64,000 nucleotides of DNA, from assembly GCF_009914755.1 (NCBI RefSeq), contig NC_060930.1; one strand, 5' to 3'. Every line of letters begins with the position of its first letter. Positions within the stretch are counted from its first letter, which is position 1. A program made the position numbers and the translations under genes. Origin of the DNA: the human T2T-CHM13v2.0 reference genome, Homo sapiens. Positions 43,461 to 57,200 of this stretch are shown here, one piece after another. The notes below the pieces were generated by a model. That model was not told the DNA's origin and did not search any database. It was given only the letters and a program-made list of their open reading frames with translations.

Positions 43461-44869
43461 GATAAAAAAAAGTAGAGTGACATTTAAGATGCTTAAACTC
43501 AAAGGCATTAATATATATCCAGGTTTCCTTGGGATGCCAGAAAATCTTAAAAATACAGCTCTGGGTTTTGGACAAGAGGAGAATAGAATCTACTCCTAAG
43601 ACTGTATGAAAGGATAGAAGAAAAATATGAGGGCTGCTGAAATAACAAAAGGAGTCCTGGATTGTTCCAGTATACACAATAAAATAAGTGATCTGCTGTA
43701 ACTGAGATTAAGGAGGAAAAATTGGAAGTTTATAGGCTGAAGAGATTTGGAATATTTTTGAGAGCAATAAGCCAAGGAGTCAATGAGGGAGAAATATCAG
43801 GCATGCTGAACAGTGGTCAGGGCCAGCTTACAGCTGGTTTGTATAAATATTAAGGAGGCCAGGTCTGCTTGGCTATAGCTCTTTATCCAGCATGGATGCA
43901 GGCATAAAGAAAGTGGCCTTCATAGTGGATCTCCTGAAGAAAATTATCAAGGACAAGGGCAAGGGCAACACAAAGTAAGAACAAAGATTAAATAGTCAGG
44001 ATATAGAATTATACTGTAATATTTTACAATGGACCAATCAGGTCCAAAGCTATTAGCACATATTAAGATTTCTGTAAATATTTGTTGAAAACTTTTAATG
44101 AAATGAGTAACAGATATGCCATTTCTGGTCATATATTTCATTTATAAAGCCCAACATAATGAATAGAATATTCCTTTCAAGATATAATATTCCTCCTGAG
44201 GAGATAGTATTTTGTGCTTGAATTACAATATTTCTCAATTCTAGTTTCCAAATATACTCAGAAAAAAATTAATGGAAATAAGTAAATGACTCTACAAATA
44301 ATGTCAAGCTGCCTTTCTTTGCTTAACTCTGTTTAAAGAGTATTAAATTTAAAGAGAAAAGAATGGCTCATGATGAAATGAATCATCACTTGAATTTTTT
44401 TAGGATCACAACCGCAATAAGCATAATGAATTCCAGTCAGTTTAAAGAATTAACCTGTATAAACATCTATTGTAATATGAGTAACACTGACAGGCTCTAC
44501 AATAAATTAATATAGACATATGTTGTTGTTGTTTTTCCCTGACTTCATTTTAACTTGTATGTGCCTTTAATGGCATAATGGGAAAGGGAGATGAGAAGGG
44601 AGAAGATAATAAAGAAGAAAGGAATAACTAAGGGAAGGAGGCAGTATAAGCAAAACCTGGTATTTGGGAATTTAAATTTAGAGAAAAAAAATGAGCTGTT
44701 TCTTTTGGACTATTTATTTTGAATCTTCCAAACTCATGTGTTCATCTAGAAATGACCTTTTGTAGTACCATAGGATAGTGTGACAGAACAGATTATAGGA
44801 AGAAGTAACCATAAGTGGATGGCTAGGATTAGGAGTGGGAAGGTGGGGTTTAAACACTTAAACCCACTT

Positions 44870-45285
44870 AAGCCAGGCACAGAAAGACTAACATCATATG
44901 TCCTCACTTATTTGTGGGATCTAAAAATCAAAACAATTGAACTCATTGTCACAGAAAGTAGAAAGCCCTTCCCAGAGAATGGGTTGTATGGGAGGAGGGA
45001 ATGGTTAATGGGTACAAAAGAAAATAGAAAGAATGAATAAGATCTACTCTTTGATAGTGCAATGGGGTGACTATAGTCAATAATAACTATATATTTTAAA
45101 ACAGCTTAAAGAATGTAATTGGATTGTTTGCAACTCAATGGATAAATGATTAAGGGGATGGATACACCATTCTTCAATATGTGCTTATTTCACATTGCAT
45201 GCCTGTATCAAAAAATTTCATGTACCCCATAACTGTATACACCTATGTACCCACAGAAATTGAAAAAACAAGAACAAAATTAAAT
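44870..45285 (+). mobile_element. L1MA (MA2-like) 3'UTR fragment
   Basis: aagccaggcacagaaagac...ctcacttatttgtgggatctaaaaatcaaaacaattgaactcat...gggtgactatagtcaataataact...atgtacccacag. Confidence 0.9.
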
Positions 45286-46629
45286 ATATATATATTTCAA
45301 TGTGTGTTTATTATATTAGCAACCACAAGTAATCAGTAAATTATAAAATAGTGGGAGATGTACCAATTCATTAAAAAGCCACAAGCCCTTGAAATATAAG
45401 TAAGTAAAGAAATCAGGCAGGAATGCAGAGAAGAAAACTCGTATAGGTCATATGTACTTAGCTTATCACAAACATTTTCTGTCTCGTTCATTCTTTGAAA
45501 GGTCAAATTTCTCAAACTATCTGATCCAATTTTTCCACCCACACTGACTGGCGATAATAGTGTCTCCATTAAAAATTAGTTATTTAAACTGTCAGTAATT
45601 TATAAGAAAAAGAAAGGTGTAATTAGCATCATATTGCCAATAATACCAGTTATTATGTCTTTTTAAAATGAAGATGGTGCTAGTGATAAAAATCAGTAGA
45701 ATGCAGGGGTTCAACTTTTTTCTGATAGAGTAAAATTAATTCATTAATACCTCTAAGATACTCATGATGGCTATTATGTCACTCTTCTAGATTATGGAGA
45801 AAAAATATTAATATGATATAGACCTGGTCTTGCAAACAATCTGGTAGAGGAGAAAAGTATGTTAATCATATGCAACTTTTTAGGTGCCTTATGAAGACAG
45901 TGATAAAGTGTCTAAGAAGAACAGAGACCAAAATAACTAAATCAGAAAGTTTGTCTAGTACCCTTCTACCAAAACATACAATTCTATTTGTACTTTGAAT
46001 GATAATGGAAAAGAAGTAGGAAAAATGTCCTGAGGATAGGGCCTACACTATGGCAAGACCTGCATCCAGAGAGTAGGAAACTTATGGAAGCTATCTTTCA
46101 AGTAGAAATGAACAGGAATTGATCAATTACAATGGGAGGAGCAAGGAGGAGAAATAAGCCAGTGTTGAGTGTTCTCAGAAATTTCATAAGAAAGAATAAA
46201 CTATTAATATATATTGAATAAATTTTAAAAATTCATCTAATAGTCTCTATTTGCTTTCCCCACTAATTGACCTTTGGCCAAATCATTATGGATATCCATA
46301 AGCATAGAATTTACCTGGATTTGATGCAGAGTGGGTGAAATGAATGACTGTTCAGGTTATGCATGTTGGATTTTCTTAACAGGAGATTTTTCAAATTTAT
46401 TTCCAGTTGTATCCAATCTGATAATTCAAATAGTTCATATAGGGCAACATTGAGTGCCTTTTAAAAAATGTTTTGTTTACTGCTAAATTTCTACCATCTG
46501 GCTAGTACATGGCACAAGGTGGACATTTAATAATTACTTTTGAATAATTGAAGAGAGAATGTGCCATGAAAACAAAGCATCAAGTCAAAGCCTGTAACAG
46601 AACAACAATCTTGATAAGAAAGCCAGTGA

Positions 46630-47020
46630 GGAATGAGTTTAGGGAAAGTGGACATGCATGAGGTTAAGGAGGTAGCCAGCGACCTGATCTTGAGGCTTTT
46701 GCAGGACATGGCAAAACATTTAAATTTTGTTCTAAGGGGAATAGAAAATTTTGAAAAAATTTTGCACAAGTGGTGCATGGGTGTATGGCATCATCTAACT
46801 CTGTTTTTTTTAAAGATCATTCTGTCTGTTGGTTGAAGATTACACCATCTGCATGAGAGACTTGACATGAGGAGAATAATTAGAATGCTATTTCATTATC
46901 TTAGCTTCGTTGAAAGTGATTATGGTAAAGATCATAGCTACACTTTGAAGGTAAACCAATAGGAATTATTGACAGATAATTGTGCATGTCAAGGACAGGT
47001 AGGATCAAGAATGGCTCTTA
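46630..47020 (-). mobile_element. L2 fragment
   Basis: tttaaattttgttctaag...ttttaaagatcattctg.ctg...ttgaaggtaaaccaatagga...gatcaagaatggctc. Confidence 0.65.
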
Positions 47021-47024
47021 GGTG

Positions 47025-47548
47025 ATAAGTTACCATAAACTTAGTGTCTAACAACAACATGTATTTATTATCTCACAGTTTCTGTGGATCAGGAATCTAG
47101 GCACAGCTTCACAGGGGCCTCTTCTTAGGGTCTCATGAGGGCTGAAATCTTTATCTGTAGGCTCTGGGGAAGAGTTTGCTTCCAACCTTACTCACGTTGT
47201 AGGTAGAATGCATTTCCTTGTGGTTGTAAGATTGAACACATGAGTTTCTAGCTGCCTATTGGCTTGTGTTGTTCCTCATTACCTGGAGGCTGCCCTCAGC
47301 TTTTTGCCATAGGAGTTTCCAAAGCATAGCTGCTTACTTTTTTAAAGATAGCAAGGAGAGTCTTTAAAGAAAGTCTGTTAGCAAGATTATATAACAAAAC
47401 CATGAGAGCGATATCTTGTCACCTTTTCCACATTCTACTGGTTAGAAGAAAGTCACATGTCTGCCCCACCCATCAGGAAAAGGGATTAGACAAAGTCATG
47501 AATACTAGAAGTTAGGGGTCATGAGGGGACGCTCTTGAATCTGTCACA
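47025..47548 (-). mobile_element. MaLR LTR (MLT1F-like)
   Basis: aaacttagtg...atttattatctcacagtttctgtggatcaggaatcta...ctctggggaagagtttgcttccaa...cacattctactggttagaagaaagtcac. Confidence 0.8.
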
Positions 47549-49129
47549 GGTGGAAAAGTGGTTGGGCCTCTAATGACAATATTATACAACGGAACTGACT
47601 CTGGGATCACCTACTATGGAACTTTACCTTACATATGACTTTTAAAAATCCTTACTCATTAAATCCACTTTTGGTAAGGGGTTCTGCCACTTCCAGCCAA
47701 AAGTATCCTGTCTGACACAGGGACATGAAAGATTAAGAACTTCTCACTTGAGGGTCTCTATCTTCCCTTTGTAGTAGAGGAGGATGATATATTTTGGCTT
47801 TACCATAAATGAAAGTTTAACATAGCTGCTACAGTGAGTGGGAAAGGGGGATAAGTTAGGATCACATAGAAGGAAGTTCAGGTCATGTTTAGAGACCAGG
47901 TGACATTACAAAGTCAGTATTTAATTACAACAATCTGAAAACTTTGCATTTTTACCCTCTGTTCAACAACCTTGATGTTAGATAGAACATCAATGAAGTA
48001 AGAAACTGTCAAAGTATATCCACATCCTGCATTGCATAGGATTTGGAAAATTAAGAAAATTCCTCTTAAGGAACTGAAAGTGAAGCCATCTTCTTAGGAA
48101 AGAACCAGGTGTTAATAAATAGCAGTAGAGGAGGAAGCATTCTGTAACATGTTAAGGGGTTTTGTTTACATGAGATTGGAGTTGTTGGGTGGAGTTCAAA
48201 GGTCTGGTTTGTGTTGGAAGATCTCTTTATTCAGAAGAGATAGACATATGGGGACAACCTTACTGAAGAGAAGACATTATCAACCACTACTGGATTTATC
48301 AGATTTGTTGCTTTTTACAAAACTAGACTTCCAGCAGATATAGAGATATTTGAAATCCCACATTACCGCTATATCTTGCTTTTGTGACAGTTTCACGATC
48401 TGTATTAGGGAAGCATCTGCCAGACTGAGTGAGCTGTCATCTACTTCCACAGCAGCATCAATTATGGTTTTCTTTCATTTTATCCTCAACCAAATGTTCT
48501 CTACTGTGATCCACCCTCAGACCCACGGATTTCCGTTCAGTTGCATATCTCCTTTGCATGCAGGAATACTCCTTCATCACTTGTGTTTCTTCTGCCTTTT
48601 TAAGAAAACGATTAAATTAATCCTGTCTTTGGCCACTTCCCTAAAAAGTTTCCATGATGGATATGAAATGATATTAACTGAATTGTGCTAAAATGTCTTT
48701 TTTTGGTGGTATGTATTATCTGTTCTCAGTATTTTTATCTTCACAGCTAAGCCCCTTTGTATGTTTCCTGATTAGATTTCTGATGATTCCAAATGACATG
48801 CTGGAATTTGGCTCTTTTACCATTGTTTGCTTTATTTTCCTTTCTATTTCTTGCCTTTTATTTTCTATAGTATTCTACCTTGCAAAACCTTTCTTTTAAG
48901 AGAGTCAATCATTTAAATTTTTAAAGTGACTTGTACAGATTGGTTTGAATCATGACAAATGTATTTTTCCTAGTTCTCAGGAGATGTCCTCTTTTATACT
49001 TCCAATGGCACTTATTCTTGCTAAAGCTGTTTTTATTAAACTATCCTTTAACGTATCTTAGAGATGAGTTTATTTAGAGAGAACTAAAATGTCTTTGATC
49101 ATAAGAATTCCAGTAGTCACCAAATGTGG

Positions 49130-49504
49130 TGGATTCTAGGCACCCAACAAATCTTCTTACTTTAGATACAGCCTCAGGGAACCTAATCCTGCCTTCTGCA
49201 CAGAGTCAAACTGTTATAGGTTAGATTCGAGGTGGGTCAATCAGTTCAGCCCCTTCTCAGGAATACAGATAGGAATTTCATGAGAGATGAGGCAACCTGA
49301 TGAACAATGCCTTGTTTATAACTACTTAGGAACTCCTTATCCCTAGAGCTGTTTTGGTAACTGCCCTTACAGAGACTTTGTTACTTCATTCTTCCTTTGC
49401 CTTTTGAATACCATATAATGTTAAAATAAATCTCCTTGGTGTGTAAGTAGGCTAAAGTCAATTGCTTCCTATTGCATGTACCGAAAATAACCTTAAAAGA
49501 TACA
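49130..49504 (+). mobile_element. Old ERVL LTR (LTR33-like) remnant
   Basis: 3' end aataaatctc...aaagtcaattgcttcctattgcatg...aaccttaaaagataca resembles old ERVL/MaLR LTR ends. Confidence 0.35.
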
Positions 49505-51579
49505 ATCAATTTGTTAGTGCTACATGGAGAACTGCTCAATGCCCAAGGATAATACATTTACATTTAGGTACTTTTTAAAAAATCTCTGCCATAAATAAAA
49601 GTTGAATCTGAACAAAAAAACTATAGGTAAATCAGTGAAAGTACATTATCACTTCTGGAAAAGGAAAAGAATGTATACAAATCATTCTAAAACTGAATTA
49701 TAACATAAAAGCATACTTCAGATATGTTTTGGCTATGAGCTGGATTATAAAGAGTTATGCTTCATTTTTTAATGTGTTACAGAATTCATTTAATTACTAG
49801 TTATATCATGTGTTTATTATTCAAGAACAAAATTTTTATGTGCTACATTTCTGTGACAATTCCTTTTTTTGTGTGTAATTTACTGAGAGAAAAATAAAAG
49901 GAGATAAGATTAATCCATCTCTTATATTTACTCCAGTTCAGTCTATAAAATAAAATGAAGGTGGTGGAAGAAGGCAATTATAAGATTTAGTTTTCTCTCC
50001 AAGAAGCTCAAAGTACTTATCTGTCGTTATTCAATTGATTTTGTAGGATCCCCTTGAGAGTTGAGGAAAACAGCTATTTTATAACCAGAGAAACTAATGC
50101 AGAAACACCACATGCTCTGTTAACTATAAGAGCAGGATTAGGAATCACAACTTCTGAGTTTGTAAAATATTGTTAACCCATTAAATTGTTCTGGGTTCCA
50201 TTGTTTATACAGCTTCTTCCTATTAACTGTGCTTCCAATGCGGCAATGAAGTAAATGGCTAAACATTTTATGAACCTTCTGGTTTAAGGTGAAAGCAATC
50301 AGTTAGTGTCAATTAACTTCATTAATGGATCAACCCGTGTCTTTACAACTCTTTACAAAAGCATGTGGATCACTGTTAAAATAAAACATGCATATCGATG
50401 GGACAAAAACACTGTAAAAGTTGCAGTCACTTTTTGTAGTATTCTAACAAATGTTTTATGTGTGTATTGTGTCTTTCAATGTCATCTGACTTTGATTTTC
50501 TACATTTACCATCCACTTCACCCAAACTGTTTCTTCTCCATGAGGGGAACATGACTTTTTTCTTTTACACTTATTTTCTTTACATTTATTATTATTTTTT
50601 AAGTTATGCCATTTCACCTGACATAATATCATCTCTTTCATTTAACTCTATCCAAATTCTACTATCCTACCTTCTCTGTAATATCTTTCCAGGAACTTAA
50701 ATTATCCTTCTCACTTTTATATTCAAGTCCCATTTTTGTCTCTGTTATTAGGAATATTAGTATTATGCATTACATTACTTTTCCTTTGAACATTTATTAA
50801 GCCTTCATTGTTACTTCCTGTACTTACAGCTCTTCTTCCCAAAGAGATGAAAATCTTCCAAGAACAGAAAAAATGATTTACCTTATTCTAGGTCAGATAA
50901 TAATTAGGGCAGTATTTTGCACTTATCAGGTGCTTAATAAATGAACAGTTAAAAGGCGTTGATTAATAGCATGCTTAAGTGGATTTGAGCTTTGGAAAGC
51001 AGAGGAAACTTTTTAGAATTCTTGATATGTCCCTTTAATAATACAAATTGTGGGAATTCCATATTGTTATATCTTAAATGAAGAATGTGTTGAAAAAAAA
51101 CAGGAAATATTTTGTAATTTTTCTAACACTAAGATGTCATTAGTAGTTTAGATGGTATATATAGGCTAAATAGCACAAACACTAGAAACACCTTTACATT
51201 AATATTAATATTGATTGTCGTAGTTGAAAATAGGATGTCATATTTGTTGATTGGGCGTTTTAATCTATTGTCTATTTAGGTATTCATTGGTTTCTGTATG
51301 AACAGACAAAGGCTATCCCAAAACCTACCTTTAAAATCTTATTCTCTACCTATGGTTTTGACCACACTCATCTACACTTGTTATTACCTATTGTCTTCCT
51401 TATTGTAATGTTGATAGTGATCAACTTCACGATTTTAACCCTTTGTATACAAGTGCTTACTCCAGCACCTGGACCACCTCATTTCTCTGAACTTTTTTCT
51501 ATATATTTCATCATCTTTCTTTACTCAAAAGCCTACACATTCAATTAAAAAAAATCTCTTGAGTTATTAGCAGCAGAGT

Positions 51580-51830
51580 ACTGGGATACCTGCTGCCAGT
51601 GACTGATTATGTCAAAATATTTCAGAAGGCATAACATATGAATCATTTTATCAAGCTATTGTGCTCTAGGATTTTATCCTAAGGAAACTATCATAATTAG
51701 GCAATAATTTTAATATACAAAGATGTTCACTATAGCATTATTCAAAATGTCAAAAATACTGAAAATTGAAATGGGGAAATAAATATTTTGTATTCACAAA
51801 TATGAATCAGCATATTAACTTAAAGAATAC
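51580..51830 (+). mobile_element. L1ME-like fragment
   Basis: ctctaggattttatcctaaggaaa...atacaaagatgttcactatagcatta. Confidence 0.6.
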
Positions 51831-51849
51831 TGTAAAAATATATCATTTT

Positions 51850-54260
51850 AAAGTTTTAAGTGATAAATTACATATATTTATGGGGTAAAATATGGTGTTT
51901 CAGTATATGTATACACTATGAAATGGTCAAATCAAGTTAATTAACATATCCATCACCTCAAATATTTATCATCTTTGTGCTGAGAATATTTAAACTCCTC
52001 TCTTTTAGCTATTTTGAAGAATACAATACATAATTATTGACTGCAGTCACCATACTCTGCAATAAACCACCATAATGTATTCCTTCTATCTAACCAAAAC
52101 TTTGTACCCCTTGACCAGTGACCCCTTTCCCCACATCCTCAGCCTCCAGTAACCACCATTTTATATTCTACTTTTAAGAATTTGACTTTTTTAGATTCCA
52201 CATATAAGTGAGATCTTATGGTGTTTGTTTTTCTGTGCCTAGTTTATTGCACTTAGCAGAATGTTCTCTAAGTTCTTCCATGTTTTCACAAATGACAGAC
52301 TTTCCAGCTTTCTTAAGACTAAATAGTATTCCATTGTACATATATATCAGTTTAAATCCATTTGTCCATTGGTGGTCACTTCAGTTGTTTCCATATCTTG
52401 GTTATTATGAATAATGCTGCTATGATCATGAGAGTGCAGATACCTCTTCAATGATACTGATTTCAATTCCTTTGACTTAAACCCAGAAGTGAGATTTCTG
52501 GATCATAATTTTATTTTCAGTTTATTAAGGAAAAAACATAAAAGCTTTCCAAAATGGATGTACTAATTTAAAATACCAACAGTGTGCAAGGGCTCACCTT
52601 CCCACAGTACTCATCAATACTTATCTGTCATCTTTTTTATAATAGCCAATTTAACAGGTATGAAGTGATATCTTATTGTGCTTTTAATTAACTTTTCTGA
52701 TTAAAGATGTTGAGCACTTTTTCCTATATCTTTTGGCCCTTTGTATGTCGTCTTTTGAGAAATATCTATTCAAGTCCTTTGCCCATTTTTAACATGGTTA
52801 TTTGTTTTCTTGTTATTGAGTAGTTTGAGTTTCTTAGATTTTTTTATATTAGCCCTTTGTCCAATGTATGATTTGCAAATATATTCTCCCAATATATGGC
52901 TTGTCTCTTCACTCTGAAATGTTTCTTTTGCTGTGCTTAAGCTATTTAGTTTAGTGCAATCCCATTTGTTAGTATCTGCTTTTGTTGCCTGTGCATTTGG
53001 GCTCTTATCCAAGATAATCACTGTCTAACTAATGTCATGAAGCTTTTCCCTTAGGTTTTCTTCTAGTAGTTTTACATTTGCAGGTTTAAATTTTAAGTCT
53101 TTAATCTATTTTGAGTTGGTTCTTTTATACTGGGTAGGATAAAAATCAAATTTTATTCCTCAGCATGTGTATATCCAATTTTTCCTAGCACCATTTATTG
53201 AAGAGACTGTTTCTTCTGCATTATCTTTTCCACATTTTGTGTTCTGGCACCTTTGTCAAATATCCATTGGCCACAAATATGTGAGTTTATTCCTGGGCAC
53301 TTTATTCTAGTCCATAGGTTGATTATGTACATTTTTATACCAGTGCCATGTTGTTTTAATTACTAAAGGTTTGCTTGTTTTGCTTAAGATGGCTTTGGCT
53401 ATTCAAGGTCCTTTGTGGTTCCATACAAATTTTAGAATTTTTTTTTTCCTATTCCTGTGAAGAATGACATTGTAATTTTAATAGGGATTCAATTGAATCT
53501 GTAAATAACTTTGGGTTGTATAGACATAATAACAGTATTATTTCAATCCATGAATACAAGATATCTTTTCACTTGTGTCATCTTCAATTTTTTATCAAAG
53601 TTTCATAGTTTTTAGTACACAGATCTTTTCGTTCCTGGGTTAAATTTAATCTAAAGTAATTTGTTTCTTTTAATGCTATTATAAATAGGATTGTTACTTT
53701 AATCATTTAGATAGTTTTTTTTTAGTGTATAGAAATGCTTCTCACTTTTAGGTGTTGGTTTTGTATCCTGTAACTATTATGAATTTCATTATCAATTCTA
53801 AACTTTATAGAGTCTCTAGGTTTTTCTATATATTGGTTTATGTCATAAGCAAACAGAGATAATTTCACTTCTTCCTTTTCTATTTGAATGCCTCCTATTT
53901 CTCTTTCTTGTCTACTTACTCTGGGTAGTATTTCAAAGTACTATATTGAACAAAAGTCGTGAGAGTAGGCATCCTGGAGTTGTATCTAACTTAAGAGAAA
54001 AAGTGTCAACTTCTCATTATTTAATATGATAGCTGTGGGCTTGTAATAGCCTTTCTTGTGTTGAAGAACATTCCTTCTGTACCTAACGTGTTGAGAGTTT
54101 TTATCATGAAAAGATGTTAAATTTTCCCAAATGATTTTTGCATATCTATTAAAATGATTATATGGATTTTGTTATTTATTATGTGAACATGGTGATTTTT
54201 TCCATATATATTAAAATGATTATATGGATTTTGTCATTCTGTCAACTTGGTGAATCAAAA
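51850..54260 (-). mobile_element. L1MA (MA5-7-like) 3' part: 3'UTR and ORF2 C-terminal half
   Basis: atcaagttaattaacatatccatcacctca; ORF 52770..53021 (AQATKADTNKWDCTKLNS) is L1 ORF2p-like. Confidence 0.9.
54132..54253. repeat. ~62-bp tandem duplication inside L1
   Basis: Identical 26-mer tattaaaatgattatatggattttgt at 54147 and 54209 with similar flanks. Confidence 0.9.
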
Positions 54261-54261
54261 T

Positions 54262-57200
54262 TATTTTTTAATTTTTCAAAATTTTGCATGTACATAGTAG
54301 GTTTATATATTTGTGGGGTACAGGAGATGTTTTGATACAGGCATGCAATGTGAAATAATCGTATCATGGAAAATAGGGTATCCATCCCATCAAACATTAT
54401 TGTGTTACAAACAATCCAGTTACACTCATTTACTCATTTATTTTTAAATGTACAATTAAGTTATTGACCATAGTCACCCTGTTGTACAATCAAATACAGT
54501 GTGTGTTACTCATTCTGACTAAATTTTTTGTACCCATTAACCATTTCCATCTCCCTCCCAGCATCCCTACTACCCTTCCCAGCCTCTGGTATTGATTTCT
54601 CTACTCTCTATGTCCATGAGTTCAATTGTTTTAAATTTTAGAACCCACAAATAAGTGAGAACAGGTGATGATTGTCTTTCTGTGCCTTGCTTAGTTCACT
54701 TGACATGTTAATCTCCAGTTCCATCCATGTTGTTACAAATGACAGGATCTCATTCTTTTAGTAAGGCTACAGAATACTGCATTATGTATATGTACTGTGT
54801 TTTCTTTATCCATTCATCTGCTGATGGGCACTTAGGTTGCTTCCAAATCTTAACTGTTGTGAAACAACAGTGCTACAACAAACATGGGGTGCATATATCA
54901 CATTAATACTTGATTTCTTTTCTTTTGGGTATATATCCAATGGTAGGCTTGCTGGAACTAGCATAGCTCTGTTTTTAGTTTTGAAGCTCTGAACTCTTCT
55001 CCATAGTGTTTGTACTAATTTACATTCCCACCAATAGGGTAGGAGGGTTCCTTCTCTTCTCCACATCTTTGCCAGCATTTGTTATTGCTTGTCTTTTGGT
55101 CATAGGCCATTTTAACTGGAATGAGCTGATATTTCATTGTAGTTTTGATATGCATTTCCCTGATGATCAATGATGCTGAGCACCTTTTCATATGCCTGTT
55201 TGCCCCTTGTTGTCTTCTTTTGAGAAATGTCTGTTCAAATTTTTTGCTCATTTTTTGATCAGATATTAACATTTTTTCCTATAGAATTGTTTAAGCTCCC
55301 AGGCAGTGAGCCGAGATTGCACCACTGAACTCCAGCCTGGGAGACAGCGAGACTCCATCTCAAAAAAAAAAAAAAAAAGTAGAATTGTTTAAGATCCTTA
55401 TATATTCTGGTAATTAATCCCTTGTTAGAGGGATAGTTTGCAAATATTATATCCCATTCTGTGAATTCCATTTTGATTTGATTTTTGAAAATGGTGAGAG
55501 ATAGGGGTCTAGTGTCATTCTTCTGCATATGGGTATCCAGTTTTCTCAGCACCATTTATTGAACAGACTTTCTTTTCACCAGTGTATGTTTTTGGTACCT
55601 TTGTCACAAATCAGTTCACTGTAAGTATGTGGATTTGTTTCTGGGTTCTCTATTCTGTTCCCATTGGTCTGTGTGTCTGTGTTTATACCAGTACTATGTT
55701 GTTTGGGTTACTATAGCTCTGTACTATAATTTGAAGCCAGGTAATGTGATTCCTCCAGTTTTGTTCTTTTTGCTTAGTATAGCTTTGGGTATTCTGGGTC
55801 TTTTGAAGGTCCATACAAATTTTAGGATTTTTTTTCTATTTCTGTGAAGAATCTCATTGGTATTTTGACAAGGATTGAATTAAATCTGCAGATTACTTTG
55901 GGTAGTATGGACATTTTAACAATACTGATTCTTTCTATACATGTTCATAAACATGGGTTATTTTTCCATTTCTTGTGTCCTCTCAATTTCTTTCATCAGT
56001 TTTTTATAGTTTTTATTGTAGAAAGCATTCACTTATTTGGTTCATTCTTAAGAATTTTATTTGTGGCTATTTTAAGTAGAATAACTTTTTAATTTTTGTT
56101 TTTCACGTTGCTTACTATTGGTGTATAAAAATGTTACTCATTTGGGTACGTTAATTTGGAATCCTTCAATTTTCTGAATTGGTTTATCAATTGCAATAGT
56201 TTTCTTGTGGAGTCCTTAGGTTTCTCCAAATGTAAGATAATATTCTTTGTAAACAAGAATAATTTTCTTTCTTTCTTTTCAATTTGGATGCCTTTTGTTT
56301 GACTTCCAGGATGAAAGTAACCATCCTTGTCATGCTCTGGAACTTAGGGGAAAGGCTTTCTTTTTTCCCCATTCAGTATGATACAAGCTGTAGGTCTCTC
56401 ATATATGGCTTTTATTACATTGAGGTATGTAGCTTCTATACCCAGTTTTTAAGGGATTTTATGATGAAGCAATGTTAAATTTTATCAAATATTTTTCCAG
56501 CATCAGTTGAAGTGATCATATGGTTTTGTTCTTTTATTCTGTTTATATGATGTATCACATTTATTTACATATGTTGAGTCAACCTTGCATCCCAGAGATA
56601 AATTCCACTTGGTCATGATGAATGATCTTTCTGATGTATTGCTGAATTCAGTTGGAAAGTATTTTGTTCTGGATTTTTGCATCAATATTCATCAGGGATA
56701 TTGACTTGTAGTTTTCATTTTTTCGATGTATCTTTGTTTGGTTTTTATGTCAGATTAATACTGGCTTTAAAGAATGATTTTGGAAGTATTCTCTTCTCTT
56801 CTATTTTTCAGAATAGTTTGGGTAGGATTGGTATTAGTTATTCTTCAAATGTTTGGTTGAATTCAGCAGTGAAGCCACTGGGTCCTGAGCTTTTCTTTAC
56901 TGATAGACTTTTTATTATGGCTTTGGTCTTGTTACTTGTGATTGGTGTATTTAGTTTTTGGATTTCATCCTGGTTCAATCTTGGTATATTGAATGTGTCT
57001 AGGAATGTGTCCATTTCATCCCAATTTTTGGAATATAGCTGCTCTTGTTTAGCCACTGATGATTTTTGAATTTCTGCAGTATTAGTAGTAATGTCTCCTT
57101 TTTCATTTCTGATTTTATTTATTTGGATCTTCTTTCTTTTTCTTAGTCTGGCTAAAGGCTTTCCAATTTTATTTAACTTTTCAAAAAACCAACTTTTTGT

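Noticed and set aside
48149-48899. Three consecutive plus-strand ORFs resembling an operon or a broken gene
   Set aside because: Low-complexity F/L/I/S-rich translations of T-rich DNA with no domain or splice support; the DNA is eukaryotic, so operon logic does not apply.
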